Shown piece by piece: positions 37,317 through 47,443 of a stretch of DNA of 64,000 nucleotides. The stretch is from contig CP122380.1 of NCBI GenBank assembly GCA_024650005.2, positions 1,024,001-1,088,000 on the forward strand. Direction: 5' to 3'. The DNA comes from Candidatus Bathyarchaeum tardum. Its GTDB lineage: Archaea; Thermoproteota; Bathyarchaeia; Bathyarchaeales; Bathyarchaeaceae. A program made the position numbers and the translations under genes. The notes beneath the pieces are model-generated. The model did not search any database. It saw only the letters and a list, made by a program, of their open reading frames with translations, and was not told where the DNA came from. Numbering within the stretch: position 1 is the first letter of the stretch; each line of letters opens with the position of its first letter.

Positions 37317-38531
37317 ATGCCCGAACGGGCGAAAAAAGAATCTAACCCAAACTTTCCATCTGAACTCTTAGACCTGCTTGCAGGCAACAACGAACTAGAA
37401 CTACAAGATGTCGATATCTTGCTTGATGAACTACACGTATTATTCCAACCTGGAATGATGATGGCCGCACCCCCTGCAGTCGCAGCACTAAAATCAGCAG
37501 CAAAACCAACATCCTTGTTGGACGCACCTTTTACTTTTCCTATCCAGAAATATCCTGGACAAGTTGCAGAAGTCACACTTGGTGCAACAAAAAGTGAAGG
37601 TGGAACCCGAGGAAAAACAGTAACAATAGGCGGAGAAAAATCTCCTGCCTTCTACACTTTTGAATCTCCAACGCTTAACCCACCCGTAGTTTCCTTTGAT
37701 GTCTTTGACTCCAAAACTGCATTGCCTAAAGCTGTGCGAAATGAACTTGGCGATGCTTATCAAGACCCTGTTTCTTGGTCCAAATTTGTAGTAAACAAAC
37801 TAGGCGCAGACATGGTTACCTTGCACTTAGTCAGCATCGATCCTTTGAATCCCAAACCTGCTACTCCTGCTGAAGCAGTAAGAACAGTTGAAGATGTCTT
37901 GCAAGCTGTTGACGTTCCTCTAGTTGTTGGGGGCTGTGGTGACCCTGAAAAAGACTTAGCAGTCTTCGAAAAAGTAACTGCCGCATGTGAAGGTGAACGA
38001 CTTCTCATCAGCACAATTACTTTGGACATGGACATAGAAAAATCTGCTAAACTAGTCGAAAAACACGGTCACGTTGCTTTAGCGTTCTCTCCAATGGATC
38101 TTAACCAAGCAAGAGAACTGAACAGACGCCTTCTTGAATACTTGCCAAAAGAGCGAATAATTATGGACACAACAACTGCAGCTCTTGGATACGGTCTGGA
38201 TTACGCATTCACCATAATGGAACGTGCTCGACTATCTGGTTTGATGGGTGACCCTGAACTTCAGCAACCTATGTCTTCTGGAACAACCAATGCATGGGCT
38301 GCACGAGAAGCATGGAAAACATTAGATCCAGAATGGGGCGACAAGAACCTTCGTGGTCCATTATGGGAAGTAGTAACCGGTCTGACTTTGATGCTAGCTG
38401 GTGTTGACCTGTTCATGATGTTGCATCCTGCAGCAGTCAAAACTCTTCGAAACGTAATCAAAAGACTAACCACTAAAACTGGAACCCTTGATGCCGAAAA
38501 AATAGCAAATTGGGTATCATCAACACTATAA
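37317..38531 (+). CDS. cdhD: Corrinoid iron-sulfur protein small (delta) subunit
   Basis: LGATKSEGGTR, VLQAVDVPL, ALGYGLDY, NAWAAREAW, MMLHP. Confidence 0.95.
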   Translation: MPERAKKESNPNFPSELLDLLAGNNELELQDVDILLDELHVLFQPGMMMAAPPAVAALKSAAKPTSLLDAPFTFPIQKYPGQVAEVTLGATKSEGGTRGKTVTIGGEKSPAFYTFESPTLNPPVVSFDVFDSKTALPKAVRNELGDAYQDPVSWSKFVVNKLGADMVTLHLVSIDPLNPKPATPAEAVRTVEDVLQAVDVPLVVGGCGDPEKDLAVFEKVTAACEGERLLISTITLDMDIEKSAKLVEKHGHVALAFSPMDLNQARELNRRLLEYLPKERIIMDTTTAALGYGLDYAFTIMERARLSGLMGDPELQQPMSSGTTNAWAAREAWKTLDPEWGDKNLRGPLWEVVTGLTLMLAGVDLFMMLHPAAVKTLRNVIKRLTTKTGTLDAEKIANWVSSTL

Positions 38532-38544
38532 GGAGAAAAATGAA

Positions 38545-39963
38545 ATGACAGACAATCAAAAAGGCGGACTTAAACAACTCAGTCCAATTGACATTTATTC
38601 ATTGCTTCCAAAAACAAACTGTAAAGAATGTGGCGAAGACAACTGTATGGCATTTGCCACTAAACTAGTCAACCGAGAAGTCAATCTAGACCAGTGTACT
38701 CCTCTTAAAGATCCTAAATACAAGAAGAATTATGCTAAACTTGCTGAGATGCTAAAACCTGCAGTTAAAGAAGTAACCATTGGTGTTGGTGAACGTGCAG
38801 TTAAAATTGGCGGTAAATTGGTAATGTATCGCCATGAACTAACGTATACTAATCCTACAGCAATTGCAATTGATGTTACTGACGAAATGACTGCTGAAGA
38901 AATCACTTCGCGTGTAAACTTTACTCAGGATTTCAGTTACATTTACATCGGCAACAACTTGCAACTACAGATGATTGCTATTCGTTCTACATCTAATGAT
39001 GCTGAAAAATTCAAAGCAACGGTCAAGAAAGTTTCAGAACAAACAGATCTGCCAATTATCTTATGCTCTTATGATTCAGCAATCGTTGAAAGTGGGTTAA
39101 TGGCTATTCCAAAAGCTAGACCTTTGCTATATGCAGCAACTAAAGATAACTGGAAAGAAATGGCAGAATTGGCACTGATGTATAACTGTCCACTGGTTGT
39201 TTCTGCACCCAATGACATTTCCTTGCTTCGATCCCTAGTTAAAACAATGATTGCTTATGGTGTTGAAGATGTTGTTTTAGATCCTGGAACTTTTGCTAAC
39301 GCAGGTTTAGGTGAAACAATAAACAACTTCACAATGATTCGACGAGCTGCATGTAACCTTGGTGACGAACTACTTGCTCATCCAACTCTTGCAACTCCAA
39401 TAACTGCTTGGACTGAACCTGCACAAAATGCGACACTTACTACATGGAAAGAAGCACAGGTTGCAGCAATGCTTGTAACTCGTTATGCTGATGCCATGAT
39501 TATTCATGCTGCAGAAGGTTGGTCTCTTCTACCCCTTACTGTATTGCGACAGAACATCTACACTGACCCACGAAAACCAGTTGCAGTTAAAGCCGAAATG
39601 GTAGCAATTGGAACACCTGATGAAAACTCACCAGTACTAATGACTTCAAACTTTGCATTGACCTACTACACTGTAGCTCAAGACATTGAATCCTCTGGTA
39701 ACTCTGTTTATCTAATTGTTGTTGATTCTGAAGGAACTGCAATCGATAGTGGTGTTGCAGGCAGAAAAATGACAGCTGAGACTATTGCTGATGCAATCAA
39801 AGAAAGTGGCGTTGAAGACAAAGTCAAACACAGAAAACTTATCATACCTGGTAAAGCAGCACGCCTTAGTGGGGAGATAGAAGAACTCTCTAAATGGGAC
39901 GTAATGGTTGGTCCACAGGACTCTTCCGGTATAGCTAAGTTTCTACAAGATAAATGGAAGTAG
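38545..39963 (+). CDS. cdhE: Corrinoid iron-sulfur protein large (gamma) subunit
   Basis: LPKTNCKECGEDNCMAFA, RQNIYTDPRKP, NFALTYY, LIIPG. Confidence 0.96.
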   Translation: MTDNQKGGLKQLSPIDIYSLLPKTNCKECGEDNCMAFATKLVNREVNLDQCTPLKDPKYKKNYAKLAEMLKPAVKEVTIGVGERAVKIGGKLVMYRHELTYTNPTAIAIDVTDEMTAEEITSRVNFTQDFSYIYIGNNLQLQMIAIRSTSNDAEKFKATVKKVSEQTDLPIILCSYDSAIVESGLMAIPKARPLLYAATKDNWKEMAELALMYNCPLVVSAPNDISLLRSLVKTMIAYGVEDVVLDPGTFANAGLGETINNFTMIRRAACNLGDELLAHPTLATPITAWTEPAQNATLTTWKEAQVAAMLVTRYADAMIIHAAEGWSLLPLTVLRQNIYTDPRKPVAVKAEMVAIGTPDENSPVLMTSNFALTYYTVAQDIESSGNSVYLIVVDSEGTAIDSGVAGRKMTAETIADAIKESGVEDKVKHRKLIIPGKAARLSGEIEELSKWDVMVGPQDSSGIAKFLQDKWK

Positions 39964-40124
39964 CTTAGCTACTTTCTATTTTTGTTTTATTTTTTTTATT
40001 CTTTTGTAATTTTTTCTTTTAATGTACACAATTTTTCTTAGGTATTAGGGCTTATATCTCGTAATTTCCAGAACCCTTTAAATACGTCCTTAAAAGTCAT
40101 GATTGGTATAAGGCGGATTTAAAT

Positions 40125-40688
40125 ATGCCTAAGCTTGAAGACTCTATTCGGATTGAAAATGTTGTATCCTCTGCCACTTTGAATCAGAACATAGACCTTA
40201 ATGCCGTTGTTAAGGGTAATCCCTTAGTTGAATATCGGCCAGAAAAGTTTCCCGGGTTGGTTTTCAGATTAAAAAAACCCAAAACAGCCATCCTAATTTT
40301 CAGCACAGGAAAGATGGTTTGTACTGGAGCAAAATCTGAGAACGAGTCAAAAAAAGCAGTGCTTAAAGTTGTTCGCGAACTGAAAAAAAGTGGCATAATC
40401 ATAACTGGTAAACCTGAAATCAGAGTAGTTAACATCGTCGCTTCAGCTAACCTTCTTGGAAGAATTGAGCTAGAAGACTGTGCTTACTCTCTAGGAAAGA
40501 CTATGTATGAACCCGAACAGTTTCCAGGTCTTATCTACCGTATGGACGAACCAAAAGTAGTAATCCTTCTTTTCGCAAGTGGAAAACTTGTCTGTACCGG
40601 TGCAACTAAAGAAGAAGACGTCTACCGGGCAGTTGCTAAACTTCATGAGCAACTTGAGGATTTAGACTTAATCTATTATGAAGAATGA
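40125..40688 (+). CDS. tbp: TATA-box binding protein
   Basis: IENVVSS..YRPEKFPGLVFR and NIVAS..YEPEQFPGLIYR repeats. Confidence 0.98.
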   Translation: MPKLEDSIRIENVVSSATLNQNIDLNAVVKGNPLVEYRPEKFPGLVFRLKKPKTAILIFSTGKMVCTGAKSENESKKAVLKVVRELKKSGIIITGKPEIRVVNIVASANLLGRIELEDCAYSLGKTMYEPEQFPGLIYRMDEPKVVILLFASGKLVCTGATKEEDVYRAVAKLHEQLEDLDLIYYEE

Positions 40689-40819
40689 TTTTGGAACTGT
40701 TAACCTTCAGTTCCCTTTCAGTCTTTTTTATATTCTTTGTTTTAAACATTTTTTATAAAAAGTGAAATAAAAAAATAATTTAAAAAATTGATTACTGAAA
40801 ATCTAAGCCGTTATGTAGC

Positions 40820-40972
40820 TTAGTATCTATTTCTTCTCGGGGGTCTTCGTTTTGCGTAACACTCTCGACAGTATACGGGTCTGCTAGAATCTGGTTTGAA
40901 AGGAACCTGACATTTTTCTCCACATTCAGAACAGACTGCATCGTGCATTTCGCGGGGTCCACCATAAGACAT
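40820..40972 (-). CDS. 50-aa CxxC-x17-CxxC zinc-finger protein (not in ORF track)
   Basis: GAGGAGGTG RBS; MSYGGPREMHDAVCSECGEKCQVPFKPDSSRPVYCRECYAKRRPPRRNRY*. Confidence 0.9.
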   Translation of the reverse strand: MSYGGPREMHDAVCSECGEKCQVPFKPDSSRPVYCRECYAKRRPPRRNRY

Positions 40973-41219
40973 TCGGCTTGCACCTCCTCATTCATTAAGA
41001 GAATTAGTATATTTAGAGCACTAACTCTACAAAGGTGTATCTTAATGACACTTATAAACTTGTGCGTAATTCGTTTATTACAAAATGTCTGAATAATATC
41101 AAAAATTTTAAAGTTGTTATTATGCTTCAATGGAAACCTGTTTTTTTACATTTTCAATTTGTTCTATGTTTGAAAAATTGTTAATTTTTATTTATTTGTT
41201 TTATTTTGCTTTCAAACTA

Positions 41220-41528
41220 CTAACTTGTTATCATTGGTGCTTCCATTTCTTCAGGTGTCAAAAGTTGGGACATTTTGATGTAGTTTTCGATGTATTCGCA
41301 ACCTTTTGCAGTTGTTTCGAAGGTTTTTCTTCCCTTCTCTTTTTGGATTTTAATAAAGCCCATTTCAGTTAAGAATGTCAGATATTCATTGACTTGGCTA
41401 AAACTTAAATTAACGCTGTACATAATTCGTGTTTTTCCTTGTTTGCCTTTTGCAGACTCCATTATTTCTGCAAAAATTCCTAGGCGGTCTCTGCGTTCCC
41501 AGAGTGTCTGAAGTGTGTTATTTTTCAA
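41220..41528 (-). CDS. Archaeal winged-helix transcriptional regulator
   Basis: RRDRLGIFAEIM, KTRIMYSVNLSF, TAKG pattern. Confidence 0.88.
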   Translation of the reverse strand: MKNNTLQTLWERRDRLGIFAEIMESAKGKQGKTRIMYSVNLSFSQVNEYLTFLTEMGFIKIQKEKGRKTFETTAKGCEYIENYIKMSQLLTPEEMEAPMITS

Positions 41529-41687
41529 TGTAATTCCTCGGTATTATTTTTTAGTACCTTTCTTCTATAGTTTTACGATTAAAATACTGTATTTCCTTCT
41601 AGTGTATATTACCAGAACAAGAATAGTTAGAAAAAAGATGTTTTATCCATTTGGTGTCTGAATCGAATTATTTTTTCTCTGCCTTTT

Positions 41688-42245
41688 CTAGATAATTCCT
41701 AAATGTTCTAGGAGTATTCTTAGGCCAATCATGATTAAGATTATTCCTCCCAAGGGTTCAACTTTGTTTTTTAGGCGATGTCCAAATTTGCCTCCAATGT
41801 AAACACCAAAAACAGACAAAGTGAATGTGATTATTCCTGTTGATATTGCCAATGTTATTATTGAAATTTCTAAAATGTAAATGCTTAAGCCAACTGCTAA
41901 TGCATCAATGCTAGTGGCAATAGACAGTATCAAAAGAACTTTGATGGTAAGTGAACTAATTATTTTTTCGCTTTCATTTTTAGTTGATTCATAAATCATT
42001 CTGGAGCCAATTATTGTTAGTAAAGCAAATGCTACCCAGTGGTCAATTTCTGAAATCACGTCTAATACATGTGCGCCTGCATGCCATCCAATTATTGGCA
42101 TGATTGCTTGAAAAAATCCAAAGAAGGTGCCAATTTTGATAGCTTTTGAAATGTTGAACTTTTTGGTTGTTAGTCCATTTGCTATTGCTACTGAAAAAGA
42201 GTCCATCGCTAATGCTGTGGCGATTAGTAATGTTGTTGTATCCAT
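41688..42245 (-). CDS. mntP: Manganese efflux pump MntP family
   Basis: ALAMDSFSVA, FQAIMP, DHWVAF, ATSIDALAVG. Confidence 0.93.
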   Translation of the reverse strand: MDTTTLLIATALAMDSFSVAIANGLTTKKFNISKAIKIGTFFGFFQAIMPIIGWHAGAHVLDVISEIDHWVAFALLTIIGSRMIYESTKNESEKIISSLTIKVLLILSIATSIDALAVGLSIYILEISIITLAISTGIITFTLSVFGVYIGGKFGHRLKNKVEPLGGIILIMIGLRILLEHLGII

Positions 42246-42426
42246 TGCAACTCCCTCTCTTGGGAGAATTTTTTTAAACAACCTTACTTAAAAAACTTTT
42301 TATAAATAATTATATTTCTTTATAATTTGTAAATGATAAAAAATATTTATAAAAAATGAATGTTATATGTGTGCGTAATATAATCTTGAACAGAGGTTTT
42401 TTCCTCTGTACCTGTTTCGTTGTATG

Positions 42427-42969
42427 TTAGACAACGTATCTGTAAGACACGTATTTTCCTGCGGTTTTACTGTTCCTGATGACTCTTACGATATCTCCTG
42501 GTGTTCCGCCAACTGCAATTATTGCTGGGTCTGTTTCGTTAATTCTTGGTAGCTGATAAGGTATTATTTTGCTGTCTTCAAGGAACTTTGTTTTTTCTTC
42601 AGGATCTAATAGTTCATGTTTTGAAACAAAATCATGGTCGAATATTTGGAATGAGGGAAAAATTTTCGGAATTAATTCTATTCCACTTGTTTTTGCCCTG
42701 GATTTTGCAGTATGTGTGTATTTGCCGATTGTAGTGACTATTCCCTTTTTAATTTCAGCGTCATCCATTGCTTTTTTGAGTTGTGTAACATATGCAACTC
42801 CAACAGTACCCTCTGCTGTTATTGCCCAAAGAATAGCCTTCTCCCCATCTTTCATTTTGAGTGTGTAACTAGTGGCGTTTTTAATTTCTTCTTTTTTGAG
42901 AACTTTGTAACCGCGAAGTTTTATGAGGACTTTGGTTTTTTTCTCTACCAATATTTCTTCAGAACTCAA
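42427..42969 (-). CDS. rpoH: RNA polymerase subunit Rpo5/RpoH with N-terminal extra domain
   Basis: C-terminal HDFVSKHELL, QLPRI..DP, GDIVRVIRNSKTAG..YRYV; ~105 aa N-terminal extension. Confidence 0.93.
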   Translation of the reverse strand: MSSEEILVEKKTKVLIKLRGYKVLKKEEIKNATSYTLKMKDGEKAILWAITAEGTVGVAYVTQLKKAMDDAEIKKGIVTTIGKYTHTAKSRAKTSGIELIPKIFPSFQIFDHDFVSKHELLDPEEKTKFLEDSKIIPYQLPRINETDPAIIAVGGTPGDIVRVIRNSKTAGKYVSYRYVV

Positions 42970-43047
42970 TTATCATTCCTCATGTTAAACGAGTATTTAG
43001 AGGGAACCCTCTACTAACCCTTTAAACTTTACGCTATTTTTAAAGTT

Positions 43048-43275
43048 TTAAAGTTCAGTTACTGTGATTATAGAGACTGGACATGCATCTTCTGCGTCTT
43101 TAGCGCTTTCAATTTCTGTGTCGTCAAATTCTCCAACTGACTTTAATTCATCTGTTTCTCCGCCAATAACAGTTGATTTTCCTTCTTCGTCTGGTTCAAA
43201 ATGTGACGGATTTAAACTGTAACACGAACCACATGCAATGCAGTTTTCACGCTTGATTTCAATTTGATATTTCAT
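43048..43275 (-). CDS. Monocluster ferredoxin
   Basis: CIACGSC...ACPVSII. Confidence 0.92.
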   Translation of the reverse strand: MKYQIEIKRENCIACGSCYSLNPSHFEPDEEGKSTVIGGETDELKSVGEFDDTEIESAKDAEDACPVSIITVTEL

Positions 43276-43399
43276 GATGTCTCCCACCTTGTTTAATAAT
43301 TGTTGTTGCTATTTATAACTTAAATTTTTTCTTGAACAAAACATTATAATATTAAAAACTAACTCTCAAGGTGAGCGCACAGTCAGGTGATAAGGCGTA

Positions 43400-43870
43400 A
43401 TGAAAAAACGGTTTGAAACCGTAGCAGTTGGCGGAACTTTTGACCTGTTTCATAAGGGTCACTTAGCTCTTTTGCTGAAAGCTTTTGATGTTGGCAATTA
43501 TGTTCTTGTTGGGCTTTGTTCAGATGAGTTTGTAAAAAAAGTACAAAAACCTCATGCGATTGCTACTTATTTTCAACGTCTTGAAGCCTTGAAAGAATTT
43601 TTAGGATCAAATGGGCTATTAGAACGTGCTGAAATTGTTCCTTTGTTTGATGCTTATGGGATTACGTTAACTGATGAGCGTATTCAGGCTATAGTTGTAA
43701 GTGAAGAAACCGAACCTCAGGCAATAAAAATCAATAAGAAACGTGAAAGCATGGGTTTGCCTGTTTTGCCTATTGTTACTGTTAAAATGGTTTTATCTGA
43801 GGATAATTTCCCAATTTCTTCGACGCGTATTTGGTTTGAAGAAATTGATCGTGAAGGAAATTTGCTCTAA
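43400..43870 (+). CDS. coaD: Phosphopantetheine adenylyltransferase (archaeal/eukaryotic type)
   Basis: GGTFDLFHKGH, IVVSEET, ISSTRI. Confidence 0.92.
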   Translation: MKKRFETVAVGGTFDLFHKGHLALLLKAFDVGNYVLVGLCSDEFVKKVQKPHAIATYFQRLEALKEFLGSNGLLERAEIVPLFDAYGITLTDERIQAIVVSEETEPQAIKINKKRESMGLPVLPIVTVKMVLSEDNFPISSTRIWFEEIDREGNLL

Positions 43871-43972
43871 AATTGTAGCGATAATGTTTTTCATGTTTTT
43901 TGTTTCGATTCGGAATTAACATAAACAATTCGAAATATTTTATATCAGATGTCTTGAGTAATAATATATAGT

Positions 43973-44203
43973 GTGTCGTGTATGCCTAAAAGAGTTCATA
44001 TCATGGCTGAGTTGTCCCTGGTCTCTTCAGAGACTTCAGATGATTCGATAAGACAGGCAATACGCAATAAGGCAAAAATTCCTTGGTGCACTTCAATAGA
44101 TGAAATCGTAATCGAAGATATGAATGATTATTGTAAATTATTGCAACAAAAGGGCGTATCTACTACTGTTGTGAGGAATTTAATTCATTTCTATACTGAG
44201 TAA
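43973..44203 (+). CDS. Small hypothetical protein
   Basis: Clean ORF after TATA-like TTTTATA; IPWC motif; no family recognised. Confidence 0.6.
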   Translation: MSCMPKRVHIMAELSLVSSETSDDSIRQAIRNKAKIPWCTSIDEIVIEDMNDYCKLLQQKGVSTTVVRNLIHFYTE

Positions 44204-44246
44204 CAGAATCGACTTTTATTGTAATTTAAATTTTTATTAATGTTGG

Positions 44247-44789
44247 CTATTTTTGGCTGTGGACTTTAGTAACTATTCCAATTTTTGCGAACATTTCTTT
44301 TTTGGCTTTACATATTGGGCAAACATATGGGGGATCTTCCCGGAAACAAACGTAGCCGCATTGTTGGCAGTACCATAGTTTTATATTTATTTCTGTATCT
44401 TTTTTTTCCTTTTGTGTTGTGTTTTGTGGTGTTTGTTCTTCAGCGGAAGCAGAATATGCTCTGCCTTGTTTTTCTATTGGTCTTCTTTCGGGAATCTGTT
44501 GGATTTTTTTTGATTCATTCACGTCTTTGCTGACATAAAGTGCACAATAACATTGTCCATAATCGACTATGTCTGGGTCGCGGTAATCGCAGGGGCATAT
44601 TATGTCTCTGTCAAGTTCTAATTTTCCTGAAGCTAATCTACATGGACACAAAGGATACCCATAACGTTCTTCATTTTTTTGTAAACCTTCTAGAAGATCT
44701 TGAAGCATTTCGGGGTCAGGTGTCAGGTAATATCCATTTGCTTTTGCGTCGCTTTCAACTCTTTTTTTGATGTTTTCTAAGTTGGTCAA
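44247..44789 (-). CDS. Ferredoxin:thioredoxin/disulfide reductase catalytic subunit with C-terminal rubredoxin-like domain
   Basis: CPCR, CPC, CYC motifs; WYCQQCGY...CPIC. Confidence 0.92.
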   Translation of the reverse strand: MTNLENIKKRVESDAKANGYYLTPDPEMLQDLLEGLQKNEERYGYPLCPCRLASGKLELDRDIICPCDYRDPDIVDYGQCYCALYVSKDVNESKKIQQIPERRPIEKQGRAYSASAEEQTPQNTTQKEKKDTEINIKLWYCQQCGYVCFREDPPYVCPICKAKKEMFAKIGIVTKVHSQK

Positions 44790-45070
44790 AGTTCAAGAAT
44801 CTCCTTTAGTTTGTCTTGAGGTGCACCTGTAATCAAAATTTTGTTATCAATAATTAGTGTAGGATATACAAGAGGTCCTCCACGGGTAATGATGTCTTGT
44901 TTAATTTTTTCTTTATCCTCATTGTTTAGTACGTCGATGTCCACGTATTCATATTCAACATCATTTTCTTTCAAAAAATTCTTGGCACGTTTGCACCATC
45001 CACATGTGCTGATGGCGTACACAAGAACATGGTGTTTGTTATTGTTGCCAGAAACTTTGATTGTTTCCAT
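44786..45070 (-). CDS. Glutaredoxin/NrdH-like redoxin
   Basis: CGWC active site, YPTLII; overlaps the reductase start. Confidence 0.92.
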   Translation of the reverse strand: METIKVSGNNNKHHVLVYAISTCGWCKRAKNFLKENDVEYEYVDIDVLNNEDKEKIKQDIITRGGPLVYPTLIIDNKILITGAPQDKLKEILEL

Positions 45071-45176
45071 CTTTTGTCTCCCCTTTCTCCTAGATTATAT
45101 TCTTCTTATATTGATTTAAATGTAACACTTTTTTGTTGTCCAATTTTCGCACAAAAAATCTTTATTAAAAAGCGTT

Positions 45177-46196
45177 TCAAACTAAGACCATACAATCTGA
45201 TGGTTTGCTTCCTAGCAACACTCGGTAATAGTCTTCTTTATTCTTTTGTTGAATTTTTTCAAGTTTGCCCTGAGCTATTACTTTTTCTCCGATTCTTGTG
45301 TGTTCACAGAACCTGCCCCGAAATGATGCAATTTCATTCAGTTGTTTAACTTTTAGGCCTTCAATTATTTCAACATCACCGAGTTTGTAACTGCATGGCG
45401 TAAATAATGCATTCGAATCATCAGTGATTGTGGCTCTGATTTTTGCGTAACCTGCAGGTTCGTAGATTTTTTCCCCGTATTTTTCGGTGATTTCGTTGAA
45501 GTCTTTTACGAAACGTATGAAAAAGTGTTTACCCCTAAACATGCCATGAGAAATTTTTCGTGAGTCTGTTCGTGCAAAATCTTTGAAGGATACCTTTGTG
45601 TCTTTTGACCGGAATTCATACAGTTCTTTTAGTCCAGGTGTGTCGTATGCTTCAATGGGGTTGTTTTTGTCTTCCATTAGTTGCTTCATTGTTTTTGCAA
45701 CTTGGTAACCTGTTTTTGTCCCATAAACAACTAGGTCAATATCTGAAGCAGGTTCCTGAAGCTTCACCAGTATGGAACCTGAAACACCTAACTTTCTCCA
45801 TTGTACGCCAGACTGTTTTTGCAAGATTTTCATGAAATGTAAAGCTGCTTGTTGGGCATCGTCTAGCGTGTTTTCGTTTTGTAGCTTTTGCAGTCCCTCT
45901 GCTGGTTGATAATGTGTTTTGATGTCTTGAGTTGGAACTTCACATAGAATGGTATTGAATACCGGGTCGTTAACTAGATATTGGGGGTATTCACGTTCTA
46001 GCAGATCGTAACGTTTAGATAAAGCATAAAATTTGCTGAACCGCTTTCCGTTTCTTTTCCTGTTACCCTCCACGTCTGGAACATACCGAATAAAGGCAAT
46101 AACTTTGTTTGGCGGATGAGCTAATCCCTTGACGTCAAAAATGATGTCATCCTTGGTTTGTATTAGGTCTCCTTCTCTGGGATTCATGGTGGTCAC
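45177..46196 (-). CDS. Predicted nucleotidyltransferase (COG1665-like)
   Basis: REGD, FDVKG..HP, RYVP, GVSGS...SDIDLVVYG. Confidence 0.82.
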   Translation of the reverse strand: MTTMNPREGDLIQTKDDIIFDVKGLAHPPNKVIAFIRYVPDVEGNRKRNGKRFSKFYALSKRYDLLEREYPQYLVNDPVFNTILCEVPTQDIKTHYQPAEGLQKLQNENTLDDAQQAALHFMKILQKQSGVQWRKLGVSGSILVKLQEPASDIDLVVYGTKTGYQVAKTMKQLMEDKNNPIEAYDTPGLKELYEFRSKDTKVSFKDFARTDSRKISHGMFRGKHFFIRFVKDFNEITEKYGEKIYEPAGYAKIRATITDDSNALFTPCSYKLGDVEIIEGLKVKQLNEIASFRGRFCEHTRIGEKVIAQGKLEKIQQKNKEDYYRVLLGSKPSDCMVLV

Positions 46197-46277
46197 AGGT
46201 TTTGTTTAGTTTGTTCAATTAATTTTTTGGCTGTTATTATCTTTTGTGAAAAAGGCTTTGAATTAATAAGTTTTTGT

Positions 46278-46988
46278 TTAATTATTTTCAAGGTCAATCA
46301 AGGTGAATATTCCCGATCTTTTGAGACTATAATATAATGGCAAAGCGATGGCTGAGGTTATGATTACTGCAACTATTCTTTCTATTGGGTAAATGAATAT
46401 GATGCTGTTCCAGATTTCTGCTTGAAGATCAAAAATCCATATTGCTAAACTACCGCCGACCATATGGTCAGTTAATGTGCCTACAAAGGCTGCGATGGGG
46501 ATTCCTAATCCTAGTTTTTTTATGTTTGACATTTCAGTTGACCAAACTGCAAGTCGTGTAGAAAAAATCAGTGCTATGATAATTGCAATTATGTGCAGAA
46601 ACGGATAGAATATTGCTTTCATTCCGAAAGGGTGAACATAAAATGCGCTAATGAAAATTGCAATTATTGCGGCTGAAATGTATCCTTGTTTTTTTATGGT
46701 GAAGCCTGCACTAATAGCTCCAAGGGTGGCAGGCAAAAATGATGCAAAACCGAAGATGGCGCCTGCAGGGTTTATGAACATGGCGATGACTGAGCCAATT
46801 AGTACGGCTATTCCCCCTGTTATTGGTCCGAGAAGTATTCCGATTAATGGAGAACTTATTACGCCTAATGTTATCGAACCTGAGACTCCTATTGTGATTG
46901 TATACGGTAGGCTGCTCAAAACCGTGTGAAATGCTGCAAAAACTGTTATTAATGCTAGACCTTTTGTGGTGCGTAAGTTTTCAAACAT
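46278..46988 (-). CDS. ECF transporter S-component-like membrane protein
   Basis: PLIGILLGPITG motif, about 7 TMs, YPIER; substrate unknown. Confidence 0.7.
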   Translation of the reverse strand: MFENLRTTKGLALITVFAAFHTVLSSLPYTITIGVSGSITLGVISSPLIGILLGPITGGIAVLIGSVIAMFINPAGAIFGFASFLPATLGAISAGFTIKKQGYISAAIIAIFISAFYVHPFGMKAIFYPFLHIIAIIIALIFSTRLAVWSTEMSNIKKLGLGIPIAAFVGTLTDHMVGGSLAIWIFDLQAEIWNSIIFIYPIERIVAVIITSAIALPLYYSLKRSGIFTLIDLENN

Positions 46989-47443
46989 ATCTTCACCAAA
47001 TTAACAGAGTGTAATTTTTTACACAGTCTATATTTCTCTTTGCTCTTACTATATAATATTGTTTCTATTGTTTGTAACAATATTTTCAGGGGTTTGTGCA
47101 ACTGAATGGGAGTTGCTAATATTGATGATGTAATTTGATTGCCTGTGCTGCTGGAAGACCTTGCGTTTAAGTTTATGGGGCTTCGAAGAGAGCAGACTGC
47201 TTTGGACTGGTGGAAGATTGATGAGCCTTTCAGCAAGGGTAATAGGTTAGGGTACTGTAGATTCTGCTTTGGTTAGTTTGTGCTGCATCTAGCGGTAACC
47301 TCTGCGAAACTAGCCAAAACAAAGAACTAGTAAATCGGTTGCCTTCTCTGGCTAAGCGAATGGTCTATCTAATGTCCGAATACAAAGGCTTTTAAAAACA
47401 CACAAGCAATAGACAATTTAACACCCAATCTTCGGAATAGAAA

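Noticed and set aside
33175-38473. Numerous short antisense ORFs inside cdh (likewise in glnA, amt, uvr)
   Set aside because: Shadows of conserved genes, with no independent motifs.
40792-41130. 112-aa ORF in the track
   Set aside because: Shadow of the true 50-aa zinc-finger gene in another frame.
46990-47390. Vitamin riboswitch upstream of the ECF S-component
   Set aside because: No TPP, FMN or cobalamin consensus recognised; the region looks like decayed coding DNA.
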